A stretch of 63,957 nucleotides of DNA, counting the filler, from Guillardia theta CCMP2712 (Eukaryota; Protista; Cryptophyta): NCBI RefSeq assembly GCF_000315625.1. It is 4 parts of 4 records of this genome, joined end to end, with 100 filler letters (N's around TTAATTAATTAA, not from the genome) between each part and the next. Parts side by side here need not be neighbours in the genome. Positions count along the whole stretch, not along the records: positions 1 to 21,213 come from NW_005434413.1; positions 21,314 to 33,806 come from NW_005434301.1; 2 more parts are not named here. The stretch is one strand, 5' to 3'. The notes beneath the pieces are model-generated. The model did not search any database. It was not told the DNA's origin and was given only the letters and a program-made list of their open reading frames with translations. Below are positions 11,822 to 22,555 of this stretch, one piece after another. Both the position numbers and the translations under genes were made by a program. How positions within the stretch are numbered: the first letter of the stretch is position 1; each line of letters begins with the position of its first letter.

Positions 11822-12466
11822 ATGCCGACAAACATGCCGACAAGCATGCCGATCTCATTCTCCTCCTTGGGATCTGCAAGCTCGCCGGAATCAGCAGCAT
11901 CTCAAGGGTCTTCCAGGCGCAACCTCCGCGTGAGCTTCTCGCAAGTCGACGAAGAGCTGGATCGCCGTCACAACCGGATCCGCACCTTGACGAAGCAGCT
12001 TGTTCCTAGCGCGAGCATGGCTGACTTGCATGCTCGCCATGCCGACAATGACGAGGATGAGCCATTGCACTCTCCGGTGTTGGATCAGCTCTCCGAAGTA
12101 GTCTTGAGAATCTTGCCTCGACGCCACTCCTTGAACGACTTGCAGACGACAGGAAGTCAGAAACGTACCATCCTCAAGAGCGAGTCCACCCTCCAGTCAA
12201 ACAGAACAGGCCGAAGGAAGTCGGACATCGCTCGATACGAGCTGAGCAAGACCTACACGTGTCTGGGCAGCAAGGAAGAGGCCAAAGAGACCAGGCCAAA
12301 AGCCACCTCCGCTCCAAGACTCGGGCAGAGGAAGACTCCAGAGCCTGCAGAGGTTGAGCTCAAGGTTGAATCTGGTTTATCTCATCTCTGGGACAACTGT
12401 AAGAAAATGAGCGACACATACCTTATAGGGGCTATCCAGACTCTTGAGCAAGTTTTCGTTCAGTGA
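11822..12466 (+). CDS. Hypothetical Ser/Arg-rich protein, paralog 1 of an inverted pair
   Basis: Intronless ORF (first ATG 11822), nearly identical to 13565-14341 on the minus strand. Confidence 0.65.
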   Translation: MPTNMPTSMPISFSSLGSASSPESAASQGSSRRNLRVSFSQVDEELDRRHNRIRTLTKQLVPSASMADLHARHADNDEDEPLHSPVLDQLSEVVLRILPRRHSLNDLQTTGSQKRTILKSESTLQSNRTGRRKSDIARYELSKTYTCLGSKEEAKETRPKATSAPRLGQRKTPEPAEVELKVESGLSHLWDNCKKMSDTYLIGAIQTLEQVFVQ

Positions 12467-12576
12467 TGTTGATGTAGTTTACATAAGAGATTAGATTTGG
12501 TAGTGCACTATGTCAATTTCGTTTTCCAAGGCAATATATCCAACAGCCTTCACCTGAGCTACGTTTATACGAGAGC
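11859..12576 (+). repeat. Left arm of a ~718-bp inverted repeat
   Basis: Reverse complement of 13455-14172 with few substitutions; includes ~110 bp past the stop codon. Confidence 0.9.
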
Positions 12577-13454
12577 TTGTCTAGCGCAAGCGCAAATCTC
12601 AAATCAGGAACACAAATACAAGACCTGTTTACAGGTCTTGAGGCATCTTCTCATCATATCTTCAGTTGCCCTTTTGCTCACGCTTTACCGAGAGCTGGAG
12701 ATGATTGATAACGAGACTTGAGACAGACATGTATCAGAGCTCTGTGAAGGCGAGCTCAAGCCTCCGCAGGAATGAATCTTATTGAGCAGGAGTGGGCAGC
12801 AAGAGAAGCCATGGTCTTGTCTTACAGCCATGAGGGCAGCAAGAGCTCTAACGGCCACCGGGCTTCTGGATAACAACCCCTGTTGGGCGACAGAGTGTGC
12901 CAAGTACGGGTGGTATCTCCTGTACTGTAAGATTGGCTGAACCTCGAGGAGAAGCAAGGGCTCTAACGGCAGTACGATTAGATGAACCTTGAGGAGGAGC
13001 AGGCAGCAGACCTAAGCGGACGCACGAGGGATGCTCGCTCATGCGTGAGGAGCCTCACATTCCTGGTGGTTCCCCTCGATTATGAAAGCATCGTCAACAA
13101 CTGCTAAGGTGGTCTGTCCTTTCCCTTGCTGTGTGTGCTACGAATCAAAAGTGTGTTGGCGTTATCAAATAAACTTCATATCTCTACTCTTCACCTTTGT
13201 ATGCGATCCAGCGGAGTTGCCTTGAACATTTGCTGTAGACGTCTGCAACCCTGTACAAACCCGTAAAGCTACGGGTGTGACAACAAGTTTTTTCACAGAT
13301 CATGATCCAGGGATGATTTGATTCGTATTGTCTTGCTCCCTCTAGCTCGTTGTCCAGCTCTCAAGTCTAGTTGTCAGGTATGTGTAACTCATGTTTGCCT
13401 TTTCCCAGAGCCCGACGACAGGGAACAAGATCGTGGAGGACAATAAATAGAAAC

Positions 13455-14172
13455 GCTCTCGTATAAACGTAGCTCAGGTGAAGGCTGTTGGATATATTGC
13501 CTTGGAAAACGAAATTGACATAGTGCACTACCAAATCTAATCTCTTGTGTAAACTACATCAACATCACTGAACGAAAACTTGCTCAAGAGTCTGGATAGC
13601 CCCTATAAGGTATGTGTCGCTCATTTTCTTACAGTTGTCCCAGAGATGAGATAAACCAGATTCAACCTTGAGCTCACCCTCTGCAGGCTCTGGAGTCTTC
13701 CTCTGCTCGAGTTTTGGAGCGGAGGTGGCTTTTGGCCTGGTCTCTTTGGCCTCTTCCTTGCTGCCCAGACACGTGTAGGTCTTGCTCAGCTCGTATCGAG
13801 CGATGTCCGACTTCCTTCGGCCTGTTCTGTTTGACTGGAGGGTGGACTCGCTCTTGAGGATGGTACGTTTCTGACTTTCTGTCGTCTGCAAGTCGTTCAA
13901 GGAGTGGCGTCGAGGCAAGATGCTCAAGACTACTTCGGAGAGCTGATCCAACACCGGAGAGTGCAATGGCTCATCCTCGTCATTGTCGGCATGGCGAGCA
14001 TGCAAGTTAGGCATGCTCGCGCTTGGAACAAGCTGCTTCGTCAAGGTGCGGATACGGTTGTGACGGCGATCAAGCTGTTCGTCGACTTGCGAGAAGCTCA
14101 CGCGGAGGTTGCGCCTGGAAGACCCTTGAGATGCTGCTGATTCCGGCGAGCTTGCAGATCCCAAGGAGGAGA
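13455..14172 (-). repeat. Right arm of a ~718-bp inverted repeat
   Basis: Matches 11859-12576; homology resumes at 14332-14351 versus 11811-11830 after an indel. Confidence 0.9.
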
Positions 14173-14341
14173 CTGAGAGGTCGGAAGCAGAAGAAGAGCG
14201 CCTGAGGAGCCACTCTCTCCTCTCGTCACGCATGGCTGCGGTCATGTTTGTCGGCATGGCTGTCGGCATGGCTGTCGGCATGGCTGTCGGCATGGCTGTC
14301 GGCATGGCTGTCGGCATGGCTGTCGGCATGGCTGTCGGCAT
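13565..14341 (-). CDS. Hypothetical Ser/Arg-rich protein, paralog 2, with N-terminal (MPTA)n expansion
   Basis: ORF is open to 14491; ATG 14341 is homologous to 11822. Shares SSLGSASSPESAASQG...GAIQTLEQVFVQ with paralog 1. Confidence 0.65.
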   Translation of the reverse strand: MPTAMPTAMPTAMPTAMPTAMPTAMPTAMPTNMTAAMRDERREWLLRRSSSASDLSVSSLGSASSPESAASQGSSRRNLRVSFSQVDEQLDRRHNRIRTLTKQLVPSASMPNLHARHADNDEDEPLHSPVLDQLSEVVLSILPRRHSLNDLQTTESQKRTILKSESTLQSNRTGRRKSDIARYELSKTYTCLGSKEEAKETRPKATSAPKLEQRKTPEPAEGELKVESGLSHLWDNCKKMSDTYLIGAIQTLEQVFVQ

Positions 14342-14343
14342 GG
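14250..14343. repeat. 12-bp coding tandem repeat (GTCGGCATGGCT), ~8 copies
   Basis: Exact units, encoding MPTA on the minus strand. Confidence 0.95.
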
Positions 14344-15026
14344 CTTCTGCTGGGGCTTGGGGCGTGCGGTGCGGAGAAGCGGGGGAGGGAAGGGTATGTA
14401 GGAGGAGTTGCTGGAAGTTAAATATTGCCACCCCTGGGTTACAGCATGAGCCATGTGGAGGGGTACTTGATACTAGAAAAATGGGGGTCATAGAAGGGGT
14501 AACGGAGTGTTACCACGGGTGGTAGCTCGAAGATCCGACGATCACAGGCCATTTAAAAAACAAAAGAAATTATTTTGAAAACAAAGAGCAAAATTAGAGC
14601 ATATCTTTTGGAGGTTCGAAAAATTCAACTCATCAACTTCGGCATCATCTTACAAATACATGTACATGTATATGTATATAGCGAGTACAAAGTCTAAAAG
14701 ACAAATTGTAAACGGATTAACTTGTACTCTGTGACAGCAGGATTTTTTTCTAAAAATAGCGTTTATGAAAGTAAAGAAGGGAAAGGTTACTCGCCTTGCG
14801 TCCTGTCAGAGTTTTGACTTCTTCCAACATTCGATGCGAGGTATTAGAATCCTCTCTCAAGATTTCAAATTTTCCCCTGGTGTGCTTATCTTTCGGTAAT
14901 GATCTGCCGGAATCTCAAGTTTGAGCCTGAAATGATCGGGCTACTACTCCATGAGTCACTACCAGTAGTACTGACGGTGTCAAATTTAACTTAAAACCGC
15001 CCTCGTAAGCACTACTGACTCGTGAC

Positions 15027-15073
15027 CTCTCCTGATTGTCTTCGTACTGATCTTTAACTTAACTTTGAGTAAA
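15027..15073 (-). repeat. Dispersed intergenic motif, copy B (inverted)
   Basis: Reverse complement reads TTTACTCAAAGTTAAGTTAAAGATCAGTACGAAGACAATCAGGAGAG. Confidence 0.9.
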
Positions 15074-16186
15074 GGGTGACCGTTTCCGAAGCTCATCGGA
15101 CCGAGGCGGGCCCGGCGATTTCAGGCGGCCCGGACCGTACTACGGTACTGAGTCATAAGTGAGTCCCGCCGCCGGGCCCGGGGGCCCAGTGCGCGGCCGT
15201 CAGTGCGAACTACTTGACTCAAAATCAAGTTAAGTACCGCCGGAGTCCGATCCCACGTTTCAAGTCGCAGTGTATACGGAGTAAGTGCCGATAATCAACT
15301 GACTCGGTTGTTGCCCGGCCCGTGCCAGTGGCGTCACCACGATCGGATGGCCCTGGTGGGACTCGGCCCGGGAGGCGTGACATTTCAAAAGTCTTGTGAC
15401 TGAAATTTGAACTGGAGGATTTGGTGGGAAAAATGGTGAGGCAAGTTCAAATTGAGGGTGTGGTGTGGTGGGGTGGGGTCGGGTGGGGAATTGCAGAAAT
15501 CACATAGTAGGTTTGAGGTAATTTATCGAAATTATGACACAATAGTTTAAACTTTGATGAAATATATCTAAATATATTTCGAAAGTTGAACGAAGTGAAC
15601 TGGGTGGGTAGTCCGCTGTGGGGGTTGTGTGGTTCCCGCCCTCGGGAAATGGCTTGGCGAAAGTATGGAGACAAGGGAGGAACGAGGAGAAGAAGAGGAG
15701 GGGGGATGAGATATACACGTAGATGAATCACAAGAGAGATAGAGAATCAAGAAGCAGGATCGCAAGAGCTCCTGGTGGCATTTAATGTAGAAATCGTCAA
15801 AAGTACTGGAAGGGGAGCTAAGAAGGAGGAAGTACACGAGTGAAGATGTCATGATGGGATGACCTGGGATTTTCTTTTATCTTGTAAATTTAGATTTCTT
15901 CGAGAGAGGCATAACATCACACAAACATAGAACACAGAACAGATTTGATCTCCTTGATTATACTGCATTGATCTGATATAACTTGCAGATGTTGGGTATC
16001 CAGCGATATTTCAAAAAGCTCGAAAGCTCGATAGCTTTTGGATCTGGTCTGTGCACAAAAGAATCAAACGTATGAGTCATATCCATGTAACTGTGCACAA
16101 GAACATTGATTCATTTGTTCACAGCAGTCAGAAGGAAGGCAACGCGAGGCTGAAACGAAGAAAGAGACTACAGAGGTATCCTGTAG

Positions 16187-18595
16187 ATGACTGCGACAAC
16201 AATGGATCACTCTCTTTCTTCCTGGCAGCCTCCTGTTTCAAACGAGACTGCTGTCAAGGTTGATAACCACTCGAGGGAAGATGAGTTCCAGGACACAGCT
16301 GCACAGTATTCGACGAGTACCAACAGCTGTTCTTGTGAGATCCTTGATCTCGGACTAGCAAAGGTGAGCTTTCAAGGCAGCCATCAGGGATTGCTCGATC
16401 TGATGTCATGGTGGCAGAAGCCTGATGACTCTTCAAGCGCGTGTGTGGAAGTGATTGTCATCGACTCTCCGGCTTCCATCAGCAACGGTGACAGTACAAG
16501 CTCCTGGAAATCTTGCGACCTGGCTGCTACCCCGCAAACGAAGATCAAACGCAAGCCGGCAGTGTTGAAGAAGCTCGAGTTTGATCACCCTGGTAGTGCG
16601 ATGCTGTGTACGACAGAGAGAAGAGTCAGGCGAAAGACTTCCATCTTCGAGGCCAGCTTCCTAACAGTCACAAGCCCCTCTGGGCGAGGCCCAACTCCAC
16701 GTAGGAAGGCTGCCCGGTCTCAGACAAGTCCACAGAGCACACCAGCACCAGTTGCACACTCAACAGACACGGGCAAGAGTAAGGCTCCCTCCGAGCTGCG
16801 GACGCTGTCGCGCGACAACGCTGAGAACCGATCTCCTCAGAAGGTCGACATCGTCAGTACGAGCGACATGGCGGATGTGGAGTGTATGGATGACCAGTCT
16901 CAGACAAGTCGACAGGGTGCACCAACACTAGTCGCTCACACGGCAGACACAGACAAGAGCAAGGCTCCCTCCGAGGTGCTGACGCTATCAACTGTAGACG
17001 CTGTCTCGGGCGACAACACTGAGAACCGATCTCCTCAGAAGGTCGACATCGTTAGTACGAGCGACATGGCGGATGTGGAGTGTATGGATGACCAGTCTCA
17101 GACAAGTCGACAGGGTTTACCAACACTAGTCGCTCACACGGCAGACACAGACAAGAGCAAGGCTCCCTCCGAGGTACTGACGCTATCAAGTGTAGACGCT
17201 GTCTCGGGCGACAACACTGAGAACCGATCTCCTCAGAAGGTCGACATCGTTAGTACGAGCGACATGGCGGATGTGGAGTGTATGGATGACCAGTCTCAGA
17301 CAAGTCGACAGGGTTTACCAACACTAGTCGCTCACACGGCATCTCCTGAGAAGGTCGACAGTGTTGGGGAGTGTAATTTCAGGGTTGCCCTTGCGCCTGA
17401 AGGCTCCTGCGGATCCCCAGTACAGCCCAAGTCTGTTCCCAGTGGCTGCGAGGACGTGCTCGCCCTGGCCTTGAGCGATGTGCCGGGAGCAGCAGCGATG
17501 GCCGGGCCCAGAGGGCTGCACGCAGCGCAAGAGAGCATGCTGCACAACGTTCTCTTGTCGTCAGGAGAGGAATGTGACTCGTTCCTCACGAGCGCAAGGA
17601 CTTGTCTCCGGATGAACCGCTACCTGTCAGTCAACCTCCTCCGTGCTGCTTGCAAGCTACTGGGCAAGCACGCTGGCTCGAGCGATGTCAGGATGAGCCA
17701 GCTGAAGGAGGTGCTGGTATGTGGCGCGCAACGTCTACCTGGGGACCAGCTGGAGAACTTTGTGAGGAACAACCGGCTCTTTGCAGACCTGATGGTGTTT
17801 GTACATGAGTTGAGGTCCAAGCAGAAGAACCAGAGCCCCTATGGCTCCTACGTCCCGTTCCTGATCGACCTCTGCAAGCTCTACGACGGTCAGTTCGGAG
17901 AAGGAACTTGCGTAAGGGAGCTCCTGGTGGCGTCTGGTGTGCACGAAGAGACGCTGGGCCCGTCCATCATTGAGGTCATGAGCCTCGTCGGTGAAGGAGA
18001 CTGTCGCTGCCCGTCCGACTCTGCGTGGTTGGACCTGCACCAGCTCGTCACCAAGTCATGCTGGAAGTCAGAGAGGTTTAGGAGGTGTTGGAAGCGAGAG
18101 TGGGAGAAAGTCGCCAGCCTGAAGCTGAAGCTGAAGCTGCTTCACTTCGACGACAGCGTCTTCGCAGCACAGGTAGTGGAGGGCATACTCCTCGGCAGCT
18201 GCTGTACCTCCATGGACTTGGACGACTCTTGTCCCTCATGGGAGAAGTTTGCAAGCGAGTATGAAGGCACTCTAGACCCCCTCATGGGGGCTGGTGCGCG
18301 TCACATGAGCGAGAGCGAAGTCCGAGAGGAGGTGGAGTTGTGCGTGCTGGTTGTTGCCCTCGTTCGTCATTTGACAACCACCGAAATCCTGCAGAGGAGA
18401 AGCAGCAGCGAGGAGGTTGAGATTTCTCCAGGGACAAGACACAAGGGCAAGAAGGTTGCAAAGAAGACAATGACCGCAATCCTTCAGAAACTGCAGAAAC
18501 TCGATCAGAAGAAGGCAAGAAAGACTCATGGCATACCGGCTCTGGGGTATTTGATCAAAGTCGCCAAAATCGTTAGGGAGTCTCTGAGGGAATAA
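16187..18595 (+). CDS. Hypothetical 802-aa protein: disordered N-half with 66-aa repeats, predicted helical C-half
   Basis: Long uninterrupted ORF with coding-like composition; no family recognised. Confidence 0.8.
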   Translation: MTATTMDHSLSSWQPPVSNETAVKVDNHSREDEFQDTAAQYSTSTNSCSCEILDLGLAKVSFQGSHQGLLDLMSWWQKPDDSSSACVEVIVIDSPASISNGDSTSSWKSCDLAATPQTKIKRKPAVLKKLEFDHPGSAMLCTTERRVRRKTSIFEASFLTVTSPSGRGPTPRRKAARSQTSPQSTPAPVAHSTDTGKSKAPSELRTLSRDNAENRSPQKVDIVSTSDMADVECMDDQSQTSRQGAPTLVAHTADTDKSKAPSEVLTLSTVDAVSGDNTENRSPQKVDIVSTSDMADVECMDDQSQTSRQGLPTLVAHTADTDKSKAPSEVLTLSSVDAVSGDNTENRSPQKVDIVSTSDMADVECMDDQSQTSRQGLPTLVAHTASPEKVDSVGECNFRVALAPEGSCGSPVQPKSVPSGCEDVLALALSDVPGAAAMAGPRGLHAAQESMLHNVLLSSGEECDSFLTSARTCLRMNRYLSVNLLRAACKLLGKHAGSSDVRMSQLKEVLVCGAQRLPGDQLENFVRNNRLFADLMVFVHELRSKQKNQSPYGSYVPFLIDLCKLYDGQFGEGTCVRELLVASGVHEETLGPSIIEVMSLVGEGDCRCPSDSAWLDLHQLVTKSCWKSERFRRCWKREWEKVASLKLKLKLLHFDDSVFAAQVVEGILLGSCCTSMDLDDSCPSWEKFASEYEGTLDPLMGAGARHMSESEVREEVELCVLVVALVRHLTTTEILQRRSSSEEVEISPGTRHKGKKVAKKTMTAILQKLQKLDQKKARKTHGIPALGYLIKVAKIVRESLRE
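16718..17360. repeat. Coding tandem repeat with units of 180, 198 and 198 bp plus a partial unit
   Basis: TCTCAGACAAGTC recurs at 16718, 16898, 17096 and 17294. Confidence 0.92.
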
Positions 18596-18859
18596 ATAGA
18601 CGATGGTTAAAACAAGATTAAAACTTGTAGCTTGTTATGTTGGATGAGTGAAAATCAACGTATTGGTTCTTTCTTGCAACATCTTCTACCCGTTTGTTGC
18701 TGGAACAGTTTGCTTTTCTACACGGGTAATGTGATGGTTGACAGTGTAAGGTTACATATATCTGCTACAAGATGTGACATTGCAACGGACAATAATGCAT
18801 TGGATCACAAAATATGAAGGCTTTCAGTAGAAACACCAACCAGCGATATCGTAGACACA

Positions 18860-19075
18860 GGATAGGATAGGATAGGATAGGATAGGATAGGATAGGATAG
18901 GATAGGATAGGACAGGACAGGACAGGAGAGGATAGGAGAAGACAGGACAGGAGAAGAGAGGAAAGGAGAGGAGAGGAGAGGAGAGGAGAGGAGAGAAGAC
19001 GAGGGGAGGGGAGAGGACGAGGGGAGGAGAAGGACAGGACAGGAGAAGACAGGACGGGAGAGGATAGGACACAGG
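18860..19075. repeat. Compound pentanucleotide microsatellite (GATAG)n/(GACAG)n/(GAGAG)n
   Basis: Directly visible. Confidence 0.9.
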
Positions 19076-19308
19076 AACATGGAGAACTGATTTGTCAGAT
19101 CTTATGATATTCCACATCAGACATGGCAAGTATGTCCAGTCTGACTGCTAGGCCCCCAGCTTGTCAGCTCATTCCTCTTGCATCTGAGACCCTTTGATGC
19201 TGATTTCAAGTGTGCAGTAGAGGAGTTTGTGACGAGGGGAGGGAGACGAGCAAGGAGGAGGTATGTAGATCTTGTTGTATTCTAAGGTTTCAACAGCGGT
19301 AGGAGCTT

Positions 19309-20467
19309 TCATCCCCAACTAAGGTTGGGCGAGACGTGACCGCTGCGGGAGCGACCGGCTCTCATGGCGCGCAAACCGCGGGGGAACGCTTGTTTCTTGG
19401 GCTTGTTGAACGTGAAGGGGATCTGACCTTCAAAGGCTTCCACCCAGTGAGCAGGATCTTTCGGTACGAGGCAAACATTCCTGAAGATGTTGCGGATCGA
19501 ATGCTCTTCTACATGAGATATCTTCATCTTCTCGTTGTGATGTGTGTCGTTCCTGGGATCGAAGCCCTGAAAGCTCCCGCGCCTCAAGGTAACAAACCTG
19601 CAACCGTCATGTTAGTACTGCTGCCACTCGTGAACTGTAGTGTGCGGGGGGACTCTGTCTTCTCTAACTACGATGCCAAAGGAACCTGTTTGCTAACAGG
19701 TGATCGTGTTGATGTCTACTTTCTAGCTTCCATGTTCACAGGGTCATATGATCAGCGTCATCATCTATACCCTACACGCTTCTCACCCTTCCTGGTTTTC
19801 AATCTCACATCTGGGCATACCTGTTGTAAAACTCGTTGCTCCTGTTGGGGGCCACCTGGAAACCGGAGATGCCGCAGAATCCTTTGTCAGGATCATCCTC
19901 GAACTCGAGGAAGATGAGCTCGTTCACTGCGCAGAGATGAAGGAAGGCCAGAACTGACCGCTTCGTGCACTTGAGCCGCATCTTGCAGCAGTACATCATC
20001 TGTGAGTCGAGCTGCTGCTTGAACCTGGAGTCCTGCACCTTGACAATCGTTTCAAACCACGTTGTTATGATCTGCTCGCAGATCGCATGCCAGTTGACTT
20101 GCCCGTTGCGCGCTCTTTCGTCTTTTGCTGTAGGGTTGTTGTCTGCCTCTCTTTCTTGGTTCCTCTGCTCCTGTTGGTCCTGCTGGTTGGAAGCAAACAA
20201 GTATTCCAGTCTTGGTGAATCCAACGCATCATCCCTGACCTCCTCCGACGTTGACGGTAACTCAGCAGACGCTTGCAGTAGCAGCTGCACTGGATCAATA
20301 GAGGGCTGTTGGTTCTGAAGGAATTGGAAGACTGCGAGGTTGGGGGCGGACAGGAGGAAGGCAGCATCAGCAAGGAGGGGGAGGTTGCAGATGACTGGCT
20401 GCTGGGAGGAGGATGAAGGCTGCTGGGGGTCTTGAACGGGAGTAAGGAGGACGGGGAGTAGCGGCAT
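19309..20467 (-). CDS. Hypothetical protein (at least 2 exons) with Q-rich N-terminus and a globular C-terminal domain
   Basis: ORFs 19805-20467 and 19309-19587 join in phase through a GT..AG intron: SNEFYNR|FVTLRRGSFQGFDP...SIRNIFRNVCLVPKDPAHWVEAFEG. Confidence 0.55.
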
Positions 20468-21213
20468 GGCTGAGCGGTACGAGCACTAGGATAAGTAGAT
20501 CGTTACACTACTGTTACGATTGCTATCGTCGATGAAGGGGTGGGTGGGGTGAGTTTGGTAGGCAGATGGTGACGGGAGTGGTCACAGGGGTGGGTAAGGG
20601 TAGGGGTGGTCAATGGGGGCCATGGAGCAACAGGGGGGGTACTGGGGTCAGTTTACACTGGTCTGTGTCCTTCTTGGCATGTAAAGAGGCAGCAGCCCTA
20701 GGGGGTGGGGGTCGTTGGTGGGTTAATTTATGGGGTAGTAGGGTCTTCGGACGGTAGGGTCCGAGAAAGAGGGGTAGTAGGGGTATGGAGATCAAGTTGG
20801 GGGTGGGGGTCCCTAGTTTACCGTGGAAAAAGAGGTCAAATATGTTTACCGCAGGGTGGGGGTAGTACCAAATAGGGGGTACGTTTAGAACAAAAACAAG
20901 GAGAATAGTGTGGGTAGGGGTAACAAAAACTACCGGTGGTCTCAAATTATAATGGTTGTGATATCTACTTAAAAAAAGCTGAATATCTGGAACAAATATT
21001 TGAATTTAAAATACAATATCTCGGTACAAATAAAAAGTATAAATTTAGAACACCAATGAGTCTTTTTTAGTCATCGAGGGCTCCCGGGCACTGACAGCCC
21101 GGGCCCGGTCGCCGGTGCGACTATGCAGTGGGCCCTCGTTGCTGCCATGGTCATCGTCACAGTGGGCGGAGGAGGAGCAGGATCAGGAGCAGGCAGGAGC
21201 AGGATCAGGAGCA

Positions 21214-21313
21214 NNNNNNNNNNNNNNNNNNNNNNNNNNNNNNNNNNNNNNNNNNNNTTAATTAATTAANNNNNNNNNNNNNNNNNNNNNNNNNNNNNNN
21301 NNNNNNNNNNNNN
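21214..21313. other. Artificial contig linker (N44-TTAATTAATTAA-N44)
   Basis: All-frame stop spacer embedded in Ns; identical structure at 33807 and 62343. Confidence 0.97.
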
Positions 21314-21454
21314 AAGAGGAGGATGAAGAGAGAAGGAGAGGCAGGATGAGGATGAGGAGGAGGAGGAGGATGAAGAGAGAAGGAGAGGGAGGAGGAGGAG
21401 GAGGAGGAGGACGAAGAGAGAAGGAAGGAGAGGGAGGAGGAGGCATGTCAGACC

Positions 21455-22555
21455 ACAGAAGATAACAGGCTTGGTAATGTTGGTCTCCTTCTCCTTGGTC
21501 AGGTAGGCTGACTTAGCGCTCGCCTTGATGTCTCCTGCTTGCGACTGGTAGCCCTTGGCGTTGCTGCCCAGATCGTAGTTGGCACCTGCATGGCATGAGG
21601 AGAGAAGGAGCGCAGACCGTCACCAGTACCGCTGCTCTTCTTAATCTTGTCCATCACCAGCTCCTCCGTCATGTCCTCGGGGTCATCGGCGAAGTAGAAC
21701 ACGTGATGCTGTCCAATCACTCTCTCGACATCTGATATGAACTTCACCCTCCACTCTATCTCCCTCCCTCCTCCCTCTCCCTCCCACCCTCTCTCGCTCG
21801 CTCGCTCGATCCCTCTCACCGGGTTTGTGCGCGCCCGCTCGGGACTTCGCCATTCCGTTAAGGTTCGGGCCTGCAGGACATGAGTTCCAGGCAGGAAGCT
21901 ACCGCAGGCAGCTCACCGTTGTACTGGACCATTACGAACTTCGCTCGCTTGCTCTCCTGGTCTCCAGCGATCATGCGTAGAAACGCCCATGTGCATTGAT
22001 CGTCTGGCAGCGAGTCTCGAAATTCAGCAAACCTGCCGATGAGTCAACCACGTCACTCCACTCTTATCATCTTGTTGCTTCTCACCCTCCGCTGCCCTTG
22101 CCTCCCAAAACTATCTTGCTCTTCCCTTCGTACTTGAAAGCGGCCCAGTTTGTTTGCTGTTTTCAAACAATAAGCCCACCCGTAACAGTACTAATAAGTG
22201 GGGGAATTTCGAATTTTTGAACATAGAACACAGTGCATCACAGCATATTCTGTTCTGAATTACATGTGTGGTAAGCAGAAGATGAAAACAATCAAAAGAA
22301 GAAAGGAAAGAAATATCAAACACAGGTGTAGGATGCATCTTTGATTCCTCATTCATTGCTCCCTTCACCACGAAGAAATCGGCAAAAACTCAACAGTTTG
22401 TTTTGAAAGGAGGCGTCGATAGCCCAGGGGAAACCCGAGCAAGAAGGAGATTCTGACACTGATTACAATAAGCAGCTCATGTTGCTACTCACCGTCGCAT
22501 CTTTTCGCACATCTTCCACCGCCTCGCCGCATTTCCCGTCTATCACTAGCGCCAT
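21455..22555 (-). CDS. Coactosin-like ADF-H actin-binding protein (multi-exon, C-terminus probably cut by the linker)
   Basis: Exons read MALVIDGKCGEAVEDVRKDAT / NWAAFKYEGKSKIVLGGKGSGG / FAEFRDSLPDDQCTWAFLRMIAGDQESKRAKFVMVQYNG / ...DKIKKSSGANYD. These match the coactosin signatures GDxxSKRxKF and KxxGAxY. Confidence 0.88.

Noticed and set aside
14550-14940. AT-rich stretch inside the inverted cassette as a transposase remnant
   Set aside because: Only short open frames with no recognisable catalytic motif.
21258-21269. TTAATTAATTAA palindrome, repeated at 33851 and 62387
   Set aside because: Identical, centred in 44+44 Ns; an assembly linker with stops in all frames.
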